Both the position numbers and the translations under genes were made by a program. DNA of 43,940 nt from Acidimicrobiaceae bacterium (lineage in GTDB: Bacteria; Actinomycetota; Acidimicrobiia; Actinomarinales; Actinomarinaceae): positions 1 through 43,940 of the forward strand of contig JAOMBT010000005.1 in assembly GCA_028344675.1 (NCBI GenBank), in the 5' to 3' direction. Positions 34,882 through 43,940 of this stretch are shown piece by piece. How positions within the stretch are numbered: position 1 is the first letter of the stretch; every line of letters begins with the position of its first letter. Under the pieces are notes generated by a model. It was given only the letters and a program-made list of their open reading frames with translations. It was not told the DNA's origin and searched no databases.

Positions 34882-35355
34882 ATGATTTCTGAAAATGAAA
34901 TCCGCCAAGCTTTCGATTTGTATCTACAAGAAGAGAATTTAGAATTATACGATCTTAATTTAGTCAATTACCCAGTAATTTCAAGAATAGAAGTTTATGT
35001 TTACTCCTCAAATGATATCAATTTAGAACTAACTTCAAGGTTAAACAAACAGTTTCAACGACTACTTGAAAATATGGGGATAGAGAAAGGCTCATACGAT
35101 ATGGTTGTTTCTAGCCCAGGCATTGAAAGAAAACTTAAAACTTATCGTCATTATGAGTTAGCCATTGGAGAATTAGTTAAATTAAAAATGATAGAGCCGA
35201 TAAACTCTGTGTATTCATTTGAAGGAGTTATTAATTCTGTTAATTCTGACGAACTATTTTTATCAGTAAATGATCAGATTATTGAAGTAAAAATACTAAA
35301 TATTAAAAATGCAAAAATTGAGTTTAAACAGTTTAAGGAAAAAGTTAAAGGATAG
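34882..35355 (+). CDS. rimP: Ribosome maturation factor RimP
   Basis: VVSSPGIERKL motif; first gene of the nusA operon. Start re-called to ATG 34882 behind GGAGG (34872-34876). Confidence 0.85.
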   Translation: MISENEIRQAFDLYLQEENLELYDLNLVNYPVISRIEVYVYSSNDINLELTSRLNKQFQRLLENMGIEKGSYDMVVSSPGIERKLKTYRHYELAIGELVKLKMIEPINSVYSFEGVINSVNSDELFLSVNDQIIEVKILNIKNAKIEFKQFKEKVKG

Positions 35356-35357
35356 TT

Positions 35358-36392
35358 ATGAAATTAGGAAATGAGAGTAAACAAGCCATTGAATCGTTAG
35401 CGTTAGACAAAGGTGTCACAGTTGATAGCATGTATGAAGCATTAGTTTCTGCCTTCAGGTCTGCTTATATGAGAATACCTAATGCCGCTGAAGAAGCAAG
35501 AGTTACATTGAATCCTGATTCTGGTGAGGTATTAATTTATGCTCAAGAGCTAGATATTGAAGGAAATGTTATTGAAGAATGGAAAGTAGAACTTGACGAA
35601 GATGAATTTGGACGAATCGCAGCACAATCTTTTAAGCAAATGATGACAACAAAAATAAGAGATGCTAAAAGAGCCACAGTTCTAGAAGCTTATGTTGGAA
35701 GAGAGGGAGAGTTAATCACTGGAATTGTTACTCAGTTTGATCCACGATTTAATCAAACTATATTAGATTTACAAGATGCTGAAGCAGTAATTCCTTCAGG
35801 AGAAAGAGTTCCTTTTGAAAGACTAGAAAGAGGAAATAGAGTTAAAGCTTTAATAACTGAGGTAAGGGAAGATGCAAAAGGTATACCTATTATTGTCAGT
35901 AGAAGTAAAGCTGAATTTGTTCAAAGGATGTTAGAGCTTGAAGTTCCTGAACTTACAGATGGAACAGTAGAAATGAGAGCAATTGCAAGAGAACCTGGTA
36001 GCAGAACAAAAATAGCTGTTTTTTCAAATGACCCTAATGTAGATCCAAAAGGTGCATGTGTTGGATCTAGAGGAAATAGAGTTAGACAAATAGTAAATGA
36101 ACTTCGTGGTGAAAAATTAGATGTTGTTGAATGGAGAGAAGATAAAGTAAGGTTTATAAAAGAAGCATTGGGACCAGCGGATATTGATGAAGTCGAAATT
36201 GATGAAGATTTAAAAACAGCAAGAGTTGTTGTAAAAGATAATCAACTTTCTTTGGCTATTGGTAAAGAAGGTCAAAATGCGAGGTTAGCAGCCAAACTCA
36301 CTGGTTATAAAATCGACATTGAAGGTTTAGGAGATTCACCTCGAGAGGAACCTGTAATAGCAGAAGAAACATCTGATAAAGAGGAAGAATAA
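35358..36392 (+). CDS. nusA: Transcription elongation factor NusA
   Basis: FGRIAAQ, S1 domain, AREPGSRTKIAV, GACVGSRG and SLAIGKEGQNARLAAKLTG motifs. Confidence 0.97.
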   Translation: MKLGNESKQAIESLALDKGVTVDSMYEALVSAFRSAYMRIPNAAEEARVTLNPDSGEVLIYAQELDIEGNVIEEWKVELDEDEFGRIAAQSFKQMMTTKIRDAKRATVLEAYVGREGELITGIVTQFDPRFNQTILDLQDAEAVIPSGERVPFERLERGNRVKALITEVREDAKGIPIIVSRSKAEFVQRMLELEVPELTDGTVEMRAIAREPGSRTKIAVFSNDPNVDPKGACVGSRGNRVRQIVNELRGEKLDVVEWREDKVRFIKEALGPADIDEVEIDEDLKTARVVVKDNQLSLAIGKEGQNARLAAKLTGYKIDIEGLGDSPREEPVIAEETSDKEEE

Positions 36393-38402
36393 ATGGCCAA
36401 AAAGCGAATTCATCAAATCGCTAAAGAACTTGATATAGCTTCAGCTGATATATTATTTCATGCAAAAGAATTAGGTATTGAGGTAAAGACTGCTTCATCC
36501 GGCTTAACTGAAGAAGAAGAGCAACTTGTTAAGCTATCTTTATTTCCTGAACCAGAAACAGAATCAATAGAAGAATCAAAAAAGGTTGAAGAAGATATAG
36601 TTGAATCTGAAGATATACAAAATACTGAAACAATTGAAGATGACAGCGTTGATATCGTTGAAATTACTAAAAATTCTTCTCCAAATCAAATAAGCAAAGT
36701 TATTGATATTGGTGCAATTCAAATTGTTGAAGATTTAATGTCTTTTGGGATTATGAAAGCTATAGATACCCCTCTTGAAGATAGTGAAATCGAGCAGCTT
36801 CTTGAGAAATATAATTTAATTGTAGATTTAATTGAGCCAGTCACTACATCTAGAGAAGACATAATTAATTATGAAGATTTTGAAGATGATGCTGACAAAT
36901 TACAATTAAGAGCTCCAATTATTACTGTTATGGGACACGTTGATCATGGAAAAACAAGTCTTTTGGATTATATTAGAAATGAAAAAGTAGCTGATGGCGA
37001 AGCTGGTGGCATTACGCAACATGTTGGTGCATATAAAGTACAAAAAGGTGAAACAGGGATTACATTTATTGATACCCCTGGTCATGAAGCTTTCACACAA
37101 ATGAGAGCTAGGGGAGCTAATGTAACAGATATTGTTGTTCTTGTAGTTGCAGCAGATGACGGTGTTATGCCTCAAACTATTGAAGCTATCAATCACTCAA
37201 AAGCAGCAAATGTACCAATTGTTGTAGCTATAAATAAATGTGATTTACCAGAAGCAAATCCCACAATGATTAAAGCTGATTTAACAAAATATGAATTAAT
37301 TACTGAAGATTTAGGTGGAGATGTGCCTGCAGTAGAAGTGTCAGCTTTAAAAGGAACCGGAATAGATGATTTACTAGAAACACTTGCATTAGTCGCAGAA
37401 ATAGAAGAGTTAAAAGCAAATTTTAATACGGAAGCATCTGGTTTCATTATTGAATCAAGAATGGAAGTTGGTAAAGGAAACGTTGCTACAGTTGTTGTAA
37501 CAAGAGGAACTCTTCAACAAGGAGATTTTCTATACGCAGGTCAGGCTTTTTGTAGAGTCAAATCTATGTTTGATCATAATAATAAAAATCAAAAAACCGT
37601 TGTACCTGGTTCACCAATCGATATAACTGGTTGGGATGAAGCACCAACTGCTGGAGATCAATTTGTAGCGTTAAAGAACCAAAAATTAGCAAAGTCAAAA
37701 GCTGAAGATAATAAAAACAAACTTAAAATTCATAATGATGCATCTTTTTCAGTAGAGTCTCGTATGTCAGATATGATGAAACTTCTACAAGAAGGAGAAT
37801 TGAACAATGTCAATATAATACTAAAAGCAGATACAAATGGTTCTGTAGAGGCTATCCGAGATGGTGTACTCAAATTATCTACTGAAGATGTAAATATCCA
37901 AATTGTTCATTCTGCTGTTGGAGGGATTGTGCTTTCAGATGTAGATTTAGCTAGTGCAACCGATTCATTAATTATAGGATTTAATGTTAGACCTGATAGT
38001 CAAGCACGAAACATGGCTCAGAGTAAAGGCATAGATGTCAGAACCTATAGTATTATTTACGAACTTCTAGACGATGTATCAGAAGCTGTACAAGGGCAAA
38101 TGACAATTAAAACAGAGGAAGCAATTATTGGTGTAGTTGACGTGAAAACTACTTTTAGAGCTCCTAAGGTCGGTATAGTTGCAGGTTCCATTGTGAGTGA
38201 AGGTAAGGTTGAGTTGAATGCTAAAGCAAGACTTTTACGTCAAGGTGTTGTTATTTATGAAGGAACTATTGTTTCCCTAAGAAGGTTTAAAGATAACGTA
38301 GAAATTGTAAATGAAGGCCTCGAATGTGGTATCGGCCTTTCCGATTATAAAGACATTAAAGAAGGAGATACTATAGAAATTCTTGGTGAAGTAGAAGTAT
38401 AA
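36393..38402 (+). CDS. infB: Translation initiation factor IF-2, compact form
   Basis: GHVDHGKTSLLD, GGITQH, DTPGHEAF, NKCD, KADTNGS and ECGI motifs. Confidence 0.98.
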   Translation: MAKKRIHQIAKELDIASADILFHAKELGIEVKTASSGLTEEEEQLVKLSLFPEPETESIEESKKVEEDIVESEDIQNTETIEDDSVDIVEITKNSSPNQISKVIDIGAIQIVEDLMSFGIMKAIDTPLEDSEIEQLLEKYNLIVDLIEPVTTSREDIINYEDFEDDADKLQLRAPIITVMGHVDHGKTSLLDYIRNEKVADGEAGGITQHVGAYKVQKGETGITFIDTPGHEAFTQMRARGANVTDIVVLVVAADDGVMPQTIEAINHSKAANVPIVVAINKCDLPEANPTMIKADLTKYELITEDLGGDVPAVEVSALKGTGIDDLLETLALVAEIEELKANFNTEASGFIIESRMEVGKGNVATVVVTRGTLQQGDFLYAGQAFCRVKSMFDHNNKNQKTVVPGSPIDITGWDEAPTAGDQFVALKNQKLAKSKAEDNKNKLKIHNDASFSVESRMSDMMKLLQEGELNNVNIILKADTNGSVEAIRDGVLKLSTEDVNIQIVHSAVGGIVLSDVDLASATDSLIIGFNVRPDSQARNMAQSKGIDVRTYSIIYELLDDVSEAVQGQMTIKTEEAIIGVVDVKTTFRAPKVGIVAGSIVSEGKVELNAKARLLRQGVVIYEGTIVSLRRFKDNVEIVNEGLECGIGLSDYKDIKEGDTIEILGEVEV

Positions 38403-38406
38403 AATA

Positions 38407-38757
38407 ATGAGTGAGCAAAAACGTGGTGGAAGAATTAATAGAATTAATCCTCTAATTCATCAAATAGTATCAAAAGCTTTATTAAGAAATTCTGATCCAG
38501 TATTAAATAAAGCAACAGTAACCCATGTATCAACATCTCCAGATTTAAAAAAAAGTATAATTTTCGTCTCTACACTTGAACAGAATGAGGGAAGTTTAAA
38601 AAGTTCACTTGAAAAGAATAGAACTAAAATTCAAAGGATATTAGCAAGTGAAATGACGACTAGAAATGTCCCAAAAATAATTTTTGAAATAGACAATACA
38701 TTGAATAATGTATCACGAATAAATGATTTGATACAGAAAGTGAATACTAATGAGTGA
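38407..38757 (+). CDS. rbfA: Ribosome-binding factor A
   Basis: VTHVSTSPDLK and RNVPKIIFEID motifs; position after infB. Confidence 0.88.
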   Translation: MSEQKRGGRINRINPLIHQIVSKALLRNSDPVLNKATVTHVSTSPDLKKSIIFVSTLEQNEGSLKSSLEKNRTKIQRILASEMTTRNVPKIIFEIDNTLNNVSRINDLIQKVNTNE

Positions 38758-39691
38758 GCTCTTTAAAAATTTGGAAAATAAATCAATTCTCATAACTGGA
38801 CATGTAAATCCTGATGGAGATGCATTAGGTGCAGCTCTTTCTTTTAAACTAATATTAGATGAACTCGGTTTTGATTCTGATGTTTGTTTTGATATTAATG
38901 GAAAAGTTCCTTCAAGCTTAGACCATCTACCGCTTAATTTAATCTCCCAGAATCCAAAAGATAATTATGATAAATTAATTGTTTTTGACTGCGGAAACCC
39001 ACAAAGATTAGGAGAATTAGAGATCTTGTCAGATACCGCGTCTGAAGTTGTAGTAGTTGATCATCATATTGATCCTTCATTTGGTGATGTACAAATTATT
39101 GACCCTACAGCAGCAAGTACTACTCAGGTATTATATAGGGAGATTACAAAACAGAATTATGAAATATCTAAAAACATAGCTAATTGTCTTATGACAGGAT
39201 TAATAACTGATACTGGAAGATTTCAATATTCTAATACAGATTCAGAGGTTTTTAATATTGCTGCGGCTCTTATGGATGCTGGTGCAGATCTAACAAAAAT
39301 TAGTGAAAATATTTATGGTTCTATATCTTTTAATGCAATGAAACTTCAGAGTGAAATAATTAAGAGAATTGAATTGTTTTCAGACCATTCATTAGTAGTT
39401 TCATACGTTTTCCAAGAAGATTACAAAACTTATAATATTGAAGAATCAGAAGTAGATTTTCTTATCGATTCAATTAGATTAGTTAAAGAGTCAAATATTG
39501 CACTTTTAATTAAAGAGCAACCAGATATGTCTTTCAAAGGAAGTTTAAGATCAAGAAACGATATTGATGTTCAACTTATTGCTTCTATTTTTGGTGGTGG
39601 AGGACATAAAGCTGCTTCTGGATTTTCAACAAATAATGATATGAAAAATATTGTTAATGAAGTAAAAAAAGCAATTGAACTACAACTCTAA
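38750..39691 (+). CDS. nrnA: DHH/DHHA1 nanoRNase/pAp phosphatase NrnA
   Basis: HVNPDGDALG, DHH, TDTGRF, SLRS and GGGGHKAASG motifs. Confidence 0.92.
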   Translation: MSELFKNLENKSILITGHVNPDGDALGAALSFKLILDELGFDSDVCFDINGKVPSSLDHLPLNLISQNPKDNYDKLIVFDCGNPQRLGELEILSDTASEVVVVDHHIDPSFGDVQIIDPTAASTTQVLYREITKQNYEISKNIANCLMTGLITDTGRFQYSNTDSEVFNIAAALMDAGADLTKISENIYGSISFNAMKLQSEIIKRIELFSDHSLVVSYVFQEDYKTYNIEESEVDFLIDSIRLVKESNIALLIKEQPDMSFKGSLRSRNDIDVQLIASIFGGGGHKAASGFSTNNDMKNIVNEVKKAIELQL

Positions 39692-40550
39692 CTTTTATTT
39701 ACTAAATAAGCCAAAATCATGGACTTCACAAGATCTTTGTACAAAGTTTAAAAAAACTTATAAATTTAATAAAGTTGGACACTCTGGGACACTTGATCCA
39801 AATGCAGAAGGCCTGATGTTGGTAGCCACAAATAGCTTTACAAAATTGTTTGATTATATCGAAGATACAAGTAAATCATATTATGTTAAAGCTTTACTTG
39901 GATACTCATCTGATACTCTAGATGTAGATTCAGATTTTAAAAAAACAGATAACATAAACTCAAACGTTTTTGAGAAAGAAATACAGAATTTTCTTAATAA
40001 TTTAGTTGGTGACTCAATTCAAACCCCTCCAATATATTCTGCAATTAAAGTCAAAGGTAAAAGACTTTATAAATACGCAAGACAAAATATAGAAGTTGAA
40101 ATTCCTAAAAGAAACATCACTGTATTTAATGTAAATTTGATATCGCTGAATGACGAAACAGTAGAATTTGATATTACAGTTTCTAAAGGTACATATATCA
40201 GAAGCATAGTAAATGATTTAGGAAAATCTATAAACACTAACGCTATAGTTAAAGAATTAATCCGTACAGGTATTGGTAAACTAAAATCTACAAATAATAA
40301 TTTAATTACAAATGTTGAAAATTTAACTTTGGAAGATAATATTTCACCTCTTAACTGGTCAGAAGTTATAGAACTACCATCAATTGTCTTAGAAGATGAT
40401 AAAGAAAAAGATATACAGAATGGGCAACTTCTTGATCGCAAACTTTTCAATAATAGTAAAAAACATATTGTAATTATTGATAATCAACTAAAAGCTATCT
40501 ATGAACCTTTTAATAATAAATATTTTAAACCAGATAAGGTAATTGTATGA
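39675..40550 (+). CDS. truB: tRNA pseudouridine(55) synthase
   Basis: NKPKSWTSQD, KVGHSGTLDP, PPIYSAIKVKGKRLY and SKGTYIRS motifs; TTG start. Confidence 0.95.
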   Translation: MNYNSNFYLLNKPKSWTSQDLCTKFKKTYKFNKVGHSGTLDPNAEGLMLVATNSFTKLFDYIEDTSKSYYVKALLGYSSDTLDVDSDFKKTDNINSNVFEKEIQNFLNNLVGDSIQTPPIYSAIKVKGKRLYKYARQNIEVEIPKRNITVFNVNLISLNDETVEFDITVSKGTYIRSIVNDLGKSINTNAIVKELIRTGIGKLKSTNNNLITNVENLTLEDNISPLNWSEVIELPSIVLEDDKEKDIQNGQLLDRKLFNNSKKHIVIIDNQLKAIYEPFNNKYFKPDKVIV

Positions 40551-41440
40551 AAGTATACGACAATTTAGATATCAGTAAAGTTATTGAAGCTAAACCAGAT
40601 ATCACATGTATTGGTGCTTTCGACGGAATTCACTTAGGTCATCAAGCTTTAATTAAATTAGCAAAAACTATAAGTTCAAATTATCAAATATTAACTTTTG
40701 ATCCAGTTCCAAAAAAATACTTTAATAATTTACATCAATTATTGTCTACGAAAGATATGAAAGTAGACATCCTCAGTAAACATAATCCAGATAGTATAAT
40801 TTTTATGAATTTTGAAGATGTAAAAGATTTAAGTCCCGTGAATTTTTGTACTATTTTAAGTAATAAATTAAATACAAAAGCAATTGTTGTTGGAAAAGAT
40901 TTTAAATTTGGCAAAAATAGGGAAGGGGATGTCAATTTTTTAATTAATCATTTCGGTAGTTCAAATGTCCATGTGTTAGACGATTATGAAGTTAATGATG
41001 TAAAGATATCTTCTACATTAATTAAGTCCTCAATTTCTGAGGGAAAGTTAAATTTAGCAAATCAATATTTAGGATATAATTTCAAATTAACAGGTAAAGT
41101 AGTTCATGGGAATCGAAAGGGTCATGAGATAGGGTTCCCAACTGCAAACATCTCAATTAATACCAACTTAGTTGTACCTAAATACGGCGTCTACGAAGTA
41201 AAAGTATTGGTAAATGACGAAATACACGAAGGTATCATGAATATTGGTATCAGGCCAACAGTATCTAATGAGTTAAAAGTTAGTTTTGAAACACATATAC
41301 TGAATTTTGATGAAGATATTTATGACTCAGTAATTGAAGTAGAACTATTGTCATTTATAAGAGAAGAAATAAAATTTGAAAATTTAAAGCAATTACAGTC
41401 ACAAATCTTAATAGATATAAATTCAATTAAAAATAAATAA
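40547..41440 (+). CDS. ribF: Bifunctional riboflavin kinase/FAD synthetase
   Basis: GAFDGIHLGH, VGKDFKFG, ISST, GFPTANI, NIGIRPTV and ETHI motifs. Confidence 0.95.
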   Translation: MKVYDNLDISKVIEAKPDITCIGAFDGIHLGHQALIKLAKTISSNYQILTFDPVPKKYFNNLHQLLSTKDMKVDILSKHNPDSIIFMNFEDVKDLSPVNFCTILSNKLNTKAIVVGKDFKFGKNREGDVNFLINHFGSSNVHVLDDYEVNDVKISSTLIKSSISEGKLNLANQYLGYNFKLTGKVVHGNRKGHEIGFPTANISINTNLVVPKYGVYEVKVLVNDEIHEGIMNIGIRPTVSNELKVSFETHILNFDEDIYDSVIEVELLSFIREEIKFENLKQLQSQILIDINSIKNK

Positions 41441-41478
41441 TCTCACATTAGATATACGAAGTACTACTATTATTTCGA

Positions 41479-41736
41479 ATGAAAAGTAACCAAGATATTA
41501 TAAAAGAATACGGTAAAACTGAAAGCGATACTGGATCTGCTGAAGTACAAGTAGCTTTACTTAGCAACAGAATTGAACACTTAACTGAACATTTAAAAAC
41601 ACATAGGAAAGATCATCACACCAGAAGAGGTCTTTTAATGTTAGTTGGTAAGCGTAAAAGACTATTGCAATATTTACAAAATCAAGATGTTCAAAGATAT
41701 CGTGATATTATAGATAAGCTTGGTTTAAGAAGATAA
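41479..41736 (+). CDS. rpsO: 30S ribosomal protein S15
   Basis: [34 protein letters not shown] and LGLRR motifs. Confidence 0.98.
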   Translation: MKSNQDIIKEYGKTESDTGSAEVQVALLSNRIEHLTEHLKTHRKDHHTRRGLLMLVGKRKRLLQYLQNQDVQRYRDIIDKLGLRR

Positions 41737-41742
41737 ATAAAC

Positions 41743-41800
41743 GATCTTGAGTTATTAATTGAGAGCTTTTATAGAAAGCTGACAATTAATAACCTCGATC
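41743..41800 (+). promoter_or_regulatory. Long rpsO-pnp intergenic hairpin (candidate RNase III site or terminator)
   Basis: About 24 paired positions: GATC/GATC, GAG/CTC, TTATTAATTG/CAATTAATAA and AGCTTTT/GAAAGCT around an ATA loop. Confidence 0.7.
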
Positions 41801-41814
41801 ACGAAAGAGGTTAT

Positions 41815-43940
41815 ATGTCGATAGACAATGTAAAAGTAAGTATTGGTAATTCAGAAATAGTTTTTGAAACTGGAAAACTCGCTATTCAAGCACCAGGATC
41901 TGTAGTTGTTACTTCTGGTGAAACTAATGTTTTGGTAACTACTGTTGCTAATAAAACAGTAAGAGATGGAATTGATTTCTTTCCATTAACTGTAGACGTT
42001 GAAGAAAGAATGTATTCAGCAGGAAAAATTCCAGGTGGTTTTTTTAGAAGAGAAGGTAGACAAACAGAAAAAGCAATTTTAGCTTGTAGGTTAATAGACA
42101 GACCGCTCCGCCCTTCTTTTAAAGATGGTTTTAGATGTGAAACCCAAATAATCGCAACAGTATTAAGTGTAGATAATGAAAACGAATATGATATCTTAGC
42201 TTTAAATGCTGCATCATTAGGCTTACAGTTAGCTGGTGTGCCACTCGAATCAGCAGTAGGTGCAGTAAGGATGTCTTTAATAAATGATAACTGGGTAGTA
42301 CAGGCTACAAATACTGAAATAGAGGAATCAGTATTTGACATGGTTGTTGCTGGAAGCCTAAATACTAAAGGTGAAGTCGATATTGTTATGGTCGAAGCAG
42401 CGGCAAGTGATAGTGCATTTGAAAAAATTGATAATGGTAGTAAAGCACCATCTGAAAGTATAGTTGCAGATGGTATTGATATGTCTAAAGAGTTCATAGG
42501 AAAACTAATTGATGCACAAAAAGAGCTTTTAACTAAAAGAAGCATCCCAGTAGTAGATTGGCCAATTGTTGAGGATTACTCTGCCGAACTTGGAAATGAA
42601 ATTGCTTCAGAATATGCAGAAGAAGTAGATTCAATTACTGCTATAACTGATAGATCTGAAAGAAGTGAAAAACAGGGAGCATTACAAGAACAAGTTCTAG
42701 AAAAATTTCTTGATGATGAGGTACCAAATAGTAAAGCTATAAAGCTTGCTTTTAAATCATTAGTAAAATCAACTGTTAGAAATAGGGTTCTCTCAGGTGG
42801 CCCAAGATTAGATGGACGTACTCCAACAGATATAAGGAATATCTCATCTGAAATTGATATATTGCCAACTGTGCACGGATCTTCATTATTTTTAAGAGGG
42901 GAAACACAAGTTCTTAATGTAACAACCTTAGGTATGTCACGGTTAGAACAGATGTTAGATACAATTGATACTGTAACCTCTAAACGATACATGCATCATT
43001 ACAATTTCCCACCTTATTCAACTGGAGAAGCTTATCCTATGAGAGGTCCAAAAAGAAGAGAGATTGGCCACGGGGCATTAGCAGAAAAAGCTCTTATTCC
43101 TGTTATTCCAACAAAGATTGACTTTCCTTACACTATTAGAGTTGTCAGTGAAGCTATTTCTTCTAATGGTTCAACATCACAAGCTTCAGTTTGTGCTTCA
43201 AGCCTTTCATTAATGGCAGCTGGTGTTCCTATAAGAGAACATGTAGCTGGTATTGCTATGGGCTTAATTTCAAAAGACGACACCTATGTAACACTTACTG
43301 ATATATTGGGTGCTGAAGATGCACTTGGAGATATGGACTTTAAAGTTGCTGGTACAAGAAACGTTATTACAGCTTTGCAACTTGATATGAAAATTGAAGG
43401 CTTGCCTTCAGATGTATTAAGAAATGCACTTAATCAAGCAATGGATGCACGTCATCATATTCTTGACATAATGGAAGATACAATTTCTGAACCAGCAGAA
43501 AGTTTGTCAGGTAACGCACCTAGATTAGAAACTATTGAACTCCCAAAAGATAAAATAGGTGAAGTAATAGGTCCTAAAGGTAAAAATATTAGAAAAATCG
43601 AAGAAGAAACTGGCTGTTCAGTTGAAATTGATGATGATGGAATATTAACTTTAGGTTCTACTGAAGAAGAAGCAATAGCAGCAGGAAAAGAAATGGTTAT
43701 GTTGATCATTGATCCACCAGAAGCTGAAGTAGGAGCAGAGTATGATGGAGAAGTTGTGAGTGTTGCCACTTATGGTGCATTTATAAATATTTTACCTGGA
43801 CGAGATGGCTTGTTACATGTTTCAAAATTCCACTCATCTAAAAGAGTTAATAATACTGCAGCTGTTGTAACTGTTGGTGACAAGATAAAAGTAAAAGTTG
43901 ACTCTATTGAGAATGGTAAAGTAAGTCTTTCACCTATAGA
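41815..43940 (+). CDS. pnp: Polynucleotide phosphorylase, 3'-truncated by the window edge (absent from the ORF track)
   Basis: ATG 41815 behind GAGG. ETGKLAIQA, PGGFFRREG, RLIDRPLRP, HGSSLFLRGETQ, MHHYNFPPYSTGE, SNGSTS, GDMDFKVAG, KH and S1 domains are all in one frame. Confidence 0.97.
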   Translation, partial: MSIDNVKVSIGNSEIVFETGKLAIQAPGSVVVTSGETNVLVTTVANKTVRDGIDFFPLTVDVEERMYSAGKIPGGFFRREGRQTEKAILACRLIDRPLRPSFKDGFRCETQIIATVLSVDNENEYDILALNAASLGLQLAGVPLESAVGAVRMSLINDNWVVQATNTEIEESVFDMVVAGSLNTKGEVDIVMVEAAASDSAFEKIDNGSKAPSESIVADGIDMSKEFIGKLIDAQKELLTKRSIPVVDWPIVEDYSAELGNEIASEYAEEVDSITAITDRSERSEKQGALQEQVLEKFLDDEVPNSKAIKLAFKSLVKSTVRNRVLSGGPRLDGRTPTDIRNISSEIDILPTVHGSSLFLRGETQVLNVTTLGMSRLEQMLDTIDTVTSKRYMHHYNFPPYSTGEAYPMRGPKRREIGHGALAEKALIPVIPTKIDFPYTIRVVSEAISSNGSTSQASVCASSLSLMAAGVPIREHVAGIAMGLISKDDTYVTLTDILGAEDALGDMDFKVAGTRNVITALQLDMKIEGLPSDVLRNALNQAMDARHHILDIMEDTISEPAESLSGNAPRLETIELPKDKIGEVIGPKGKNIRKIEEETGCSVEIDDDGILTLGSTEEEAIAAGKEMVMLIIDPPEAEVGAEYDGEVVSVATYGAFINILPGRDGLLHVSKFHSSKRVNNTAAVVTVGDKIKVKVDSIENGKVSLSPI

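Noticed and set aside
641-40935. Other short overlapping track ORFs (e.g. 3701-4060, 8486-8845, 16783-17070, 17679-18107, 27755-28117, 32398-32814, 40067-40450)
   Set aside because: All lie within well-supported genes on the opposite strand or in another frame and show no family motifs.
41886-43769. Minus-strand ORFs of 219, 138 and 104 aa
   Set aside because: They are antisense shadows of pnp, which the track missed only because it runs off the window; their Ser/Ile-rich composition has no motifs.
1-43940. rRNA, tRNA, CRISPR arrays, IS elements, defence systems
   Set aside because: All intergenic gaps are under about 130 nt and were read individually. No cloverleaf, repeat-spacer pattern or transposase was seen, though a covariance-model scan was not possible.

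Overview
Ordinary-looking but highly compacted core chromosome segment of a low-GC (roughly 30% by eye, not computed), streamlined bacterium. Gene order, the F420 genes and a SepIVA-like gene point to a marine Acidimicrobiia/Ca. Actinomarina-like actinobacterium (inference). The + strand backbone is recG(partial)-rsmD-coaD-sepIVA-like-yceD-rpmF-plsX-rnc-mutM-asparaginase-smc-cdd, rpsP-khpA-rimM, cofG-cofH-trmD-rplS-lepB-rnhB, crotonase, amino-acid ABC binding protein and permease, xerC, rpsB-tsf-pyrH-frr-cdsA-rseP-ispG-proS, and rimP-nusA-infB-rbfA-nrnA-truB-ribF-rpsO-pnp(partial). There are two minus-strand blocks: upp-deoB-punA-etfB-etfA, and gap-like-gap-rid-C26 hydrolase. I saw no rRNA, tRNA, CRISPR or mobile element. 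The best leads are: (1) a tandem GAPDH pair in which the upstream copy has lost the catalytic Cys and both phosphate sites but keeps the NAD fold, a candidate pseudoenzyme or regulatory subunit; (2) an 881-aa Smc with intact heads but no recognisable hinge; (3) CofH with a ~230-aa N-terminal extension resembling a decayed CofG; (4) a cytidine deaminase with a remodelled Zn site; (5) a 35-aa membrane microprotein missed by the ORF track; (6) tandem ARG-box-like operators and several structured RNA leaders.
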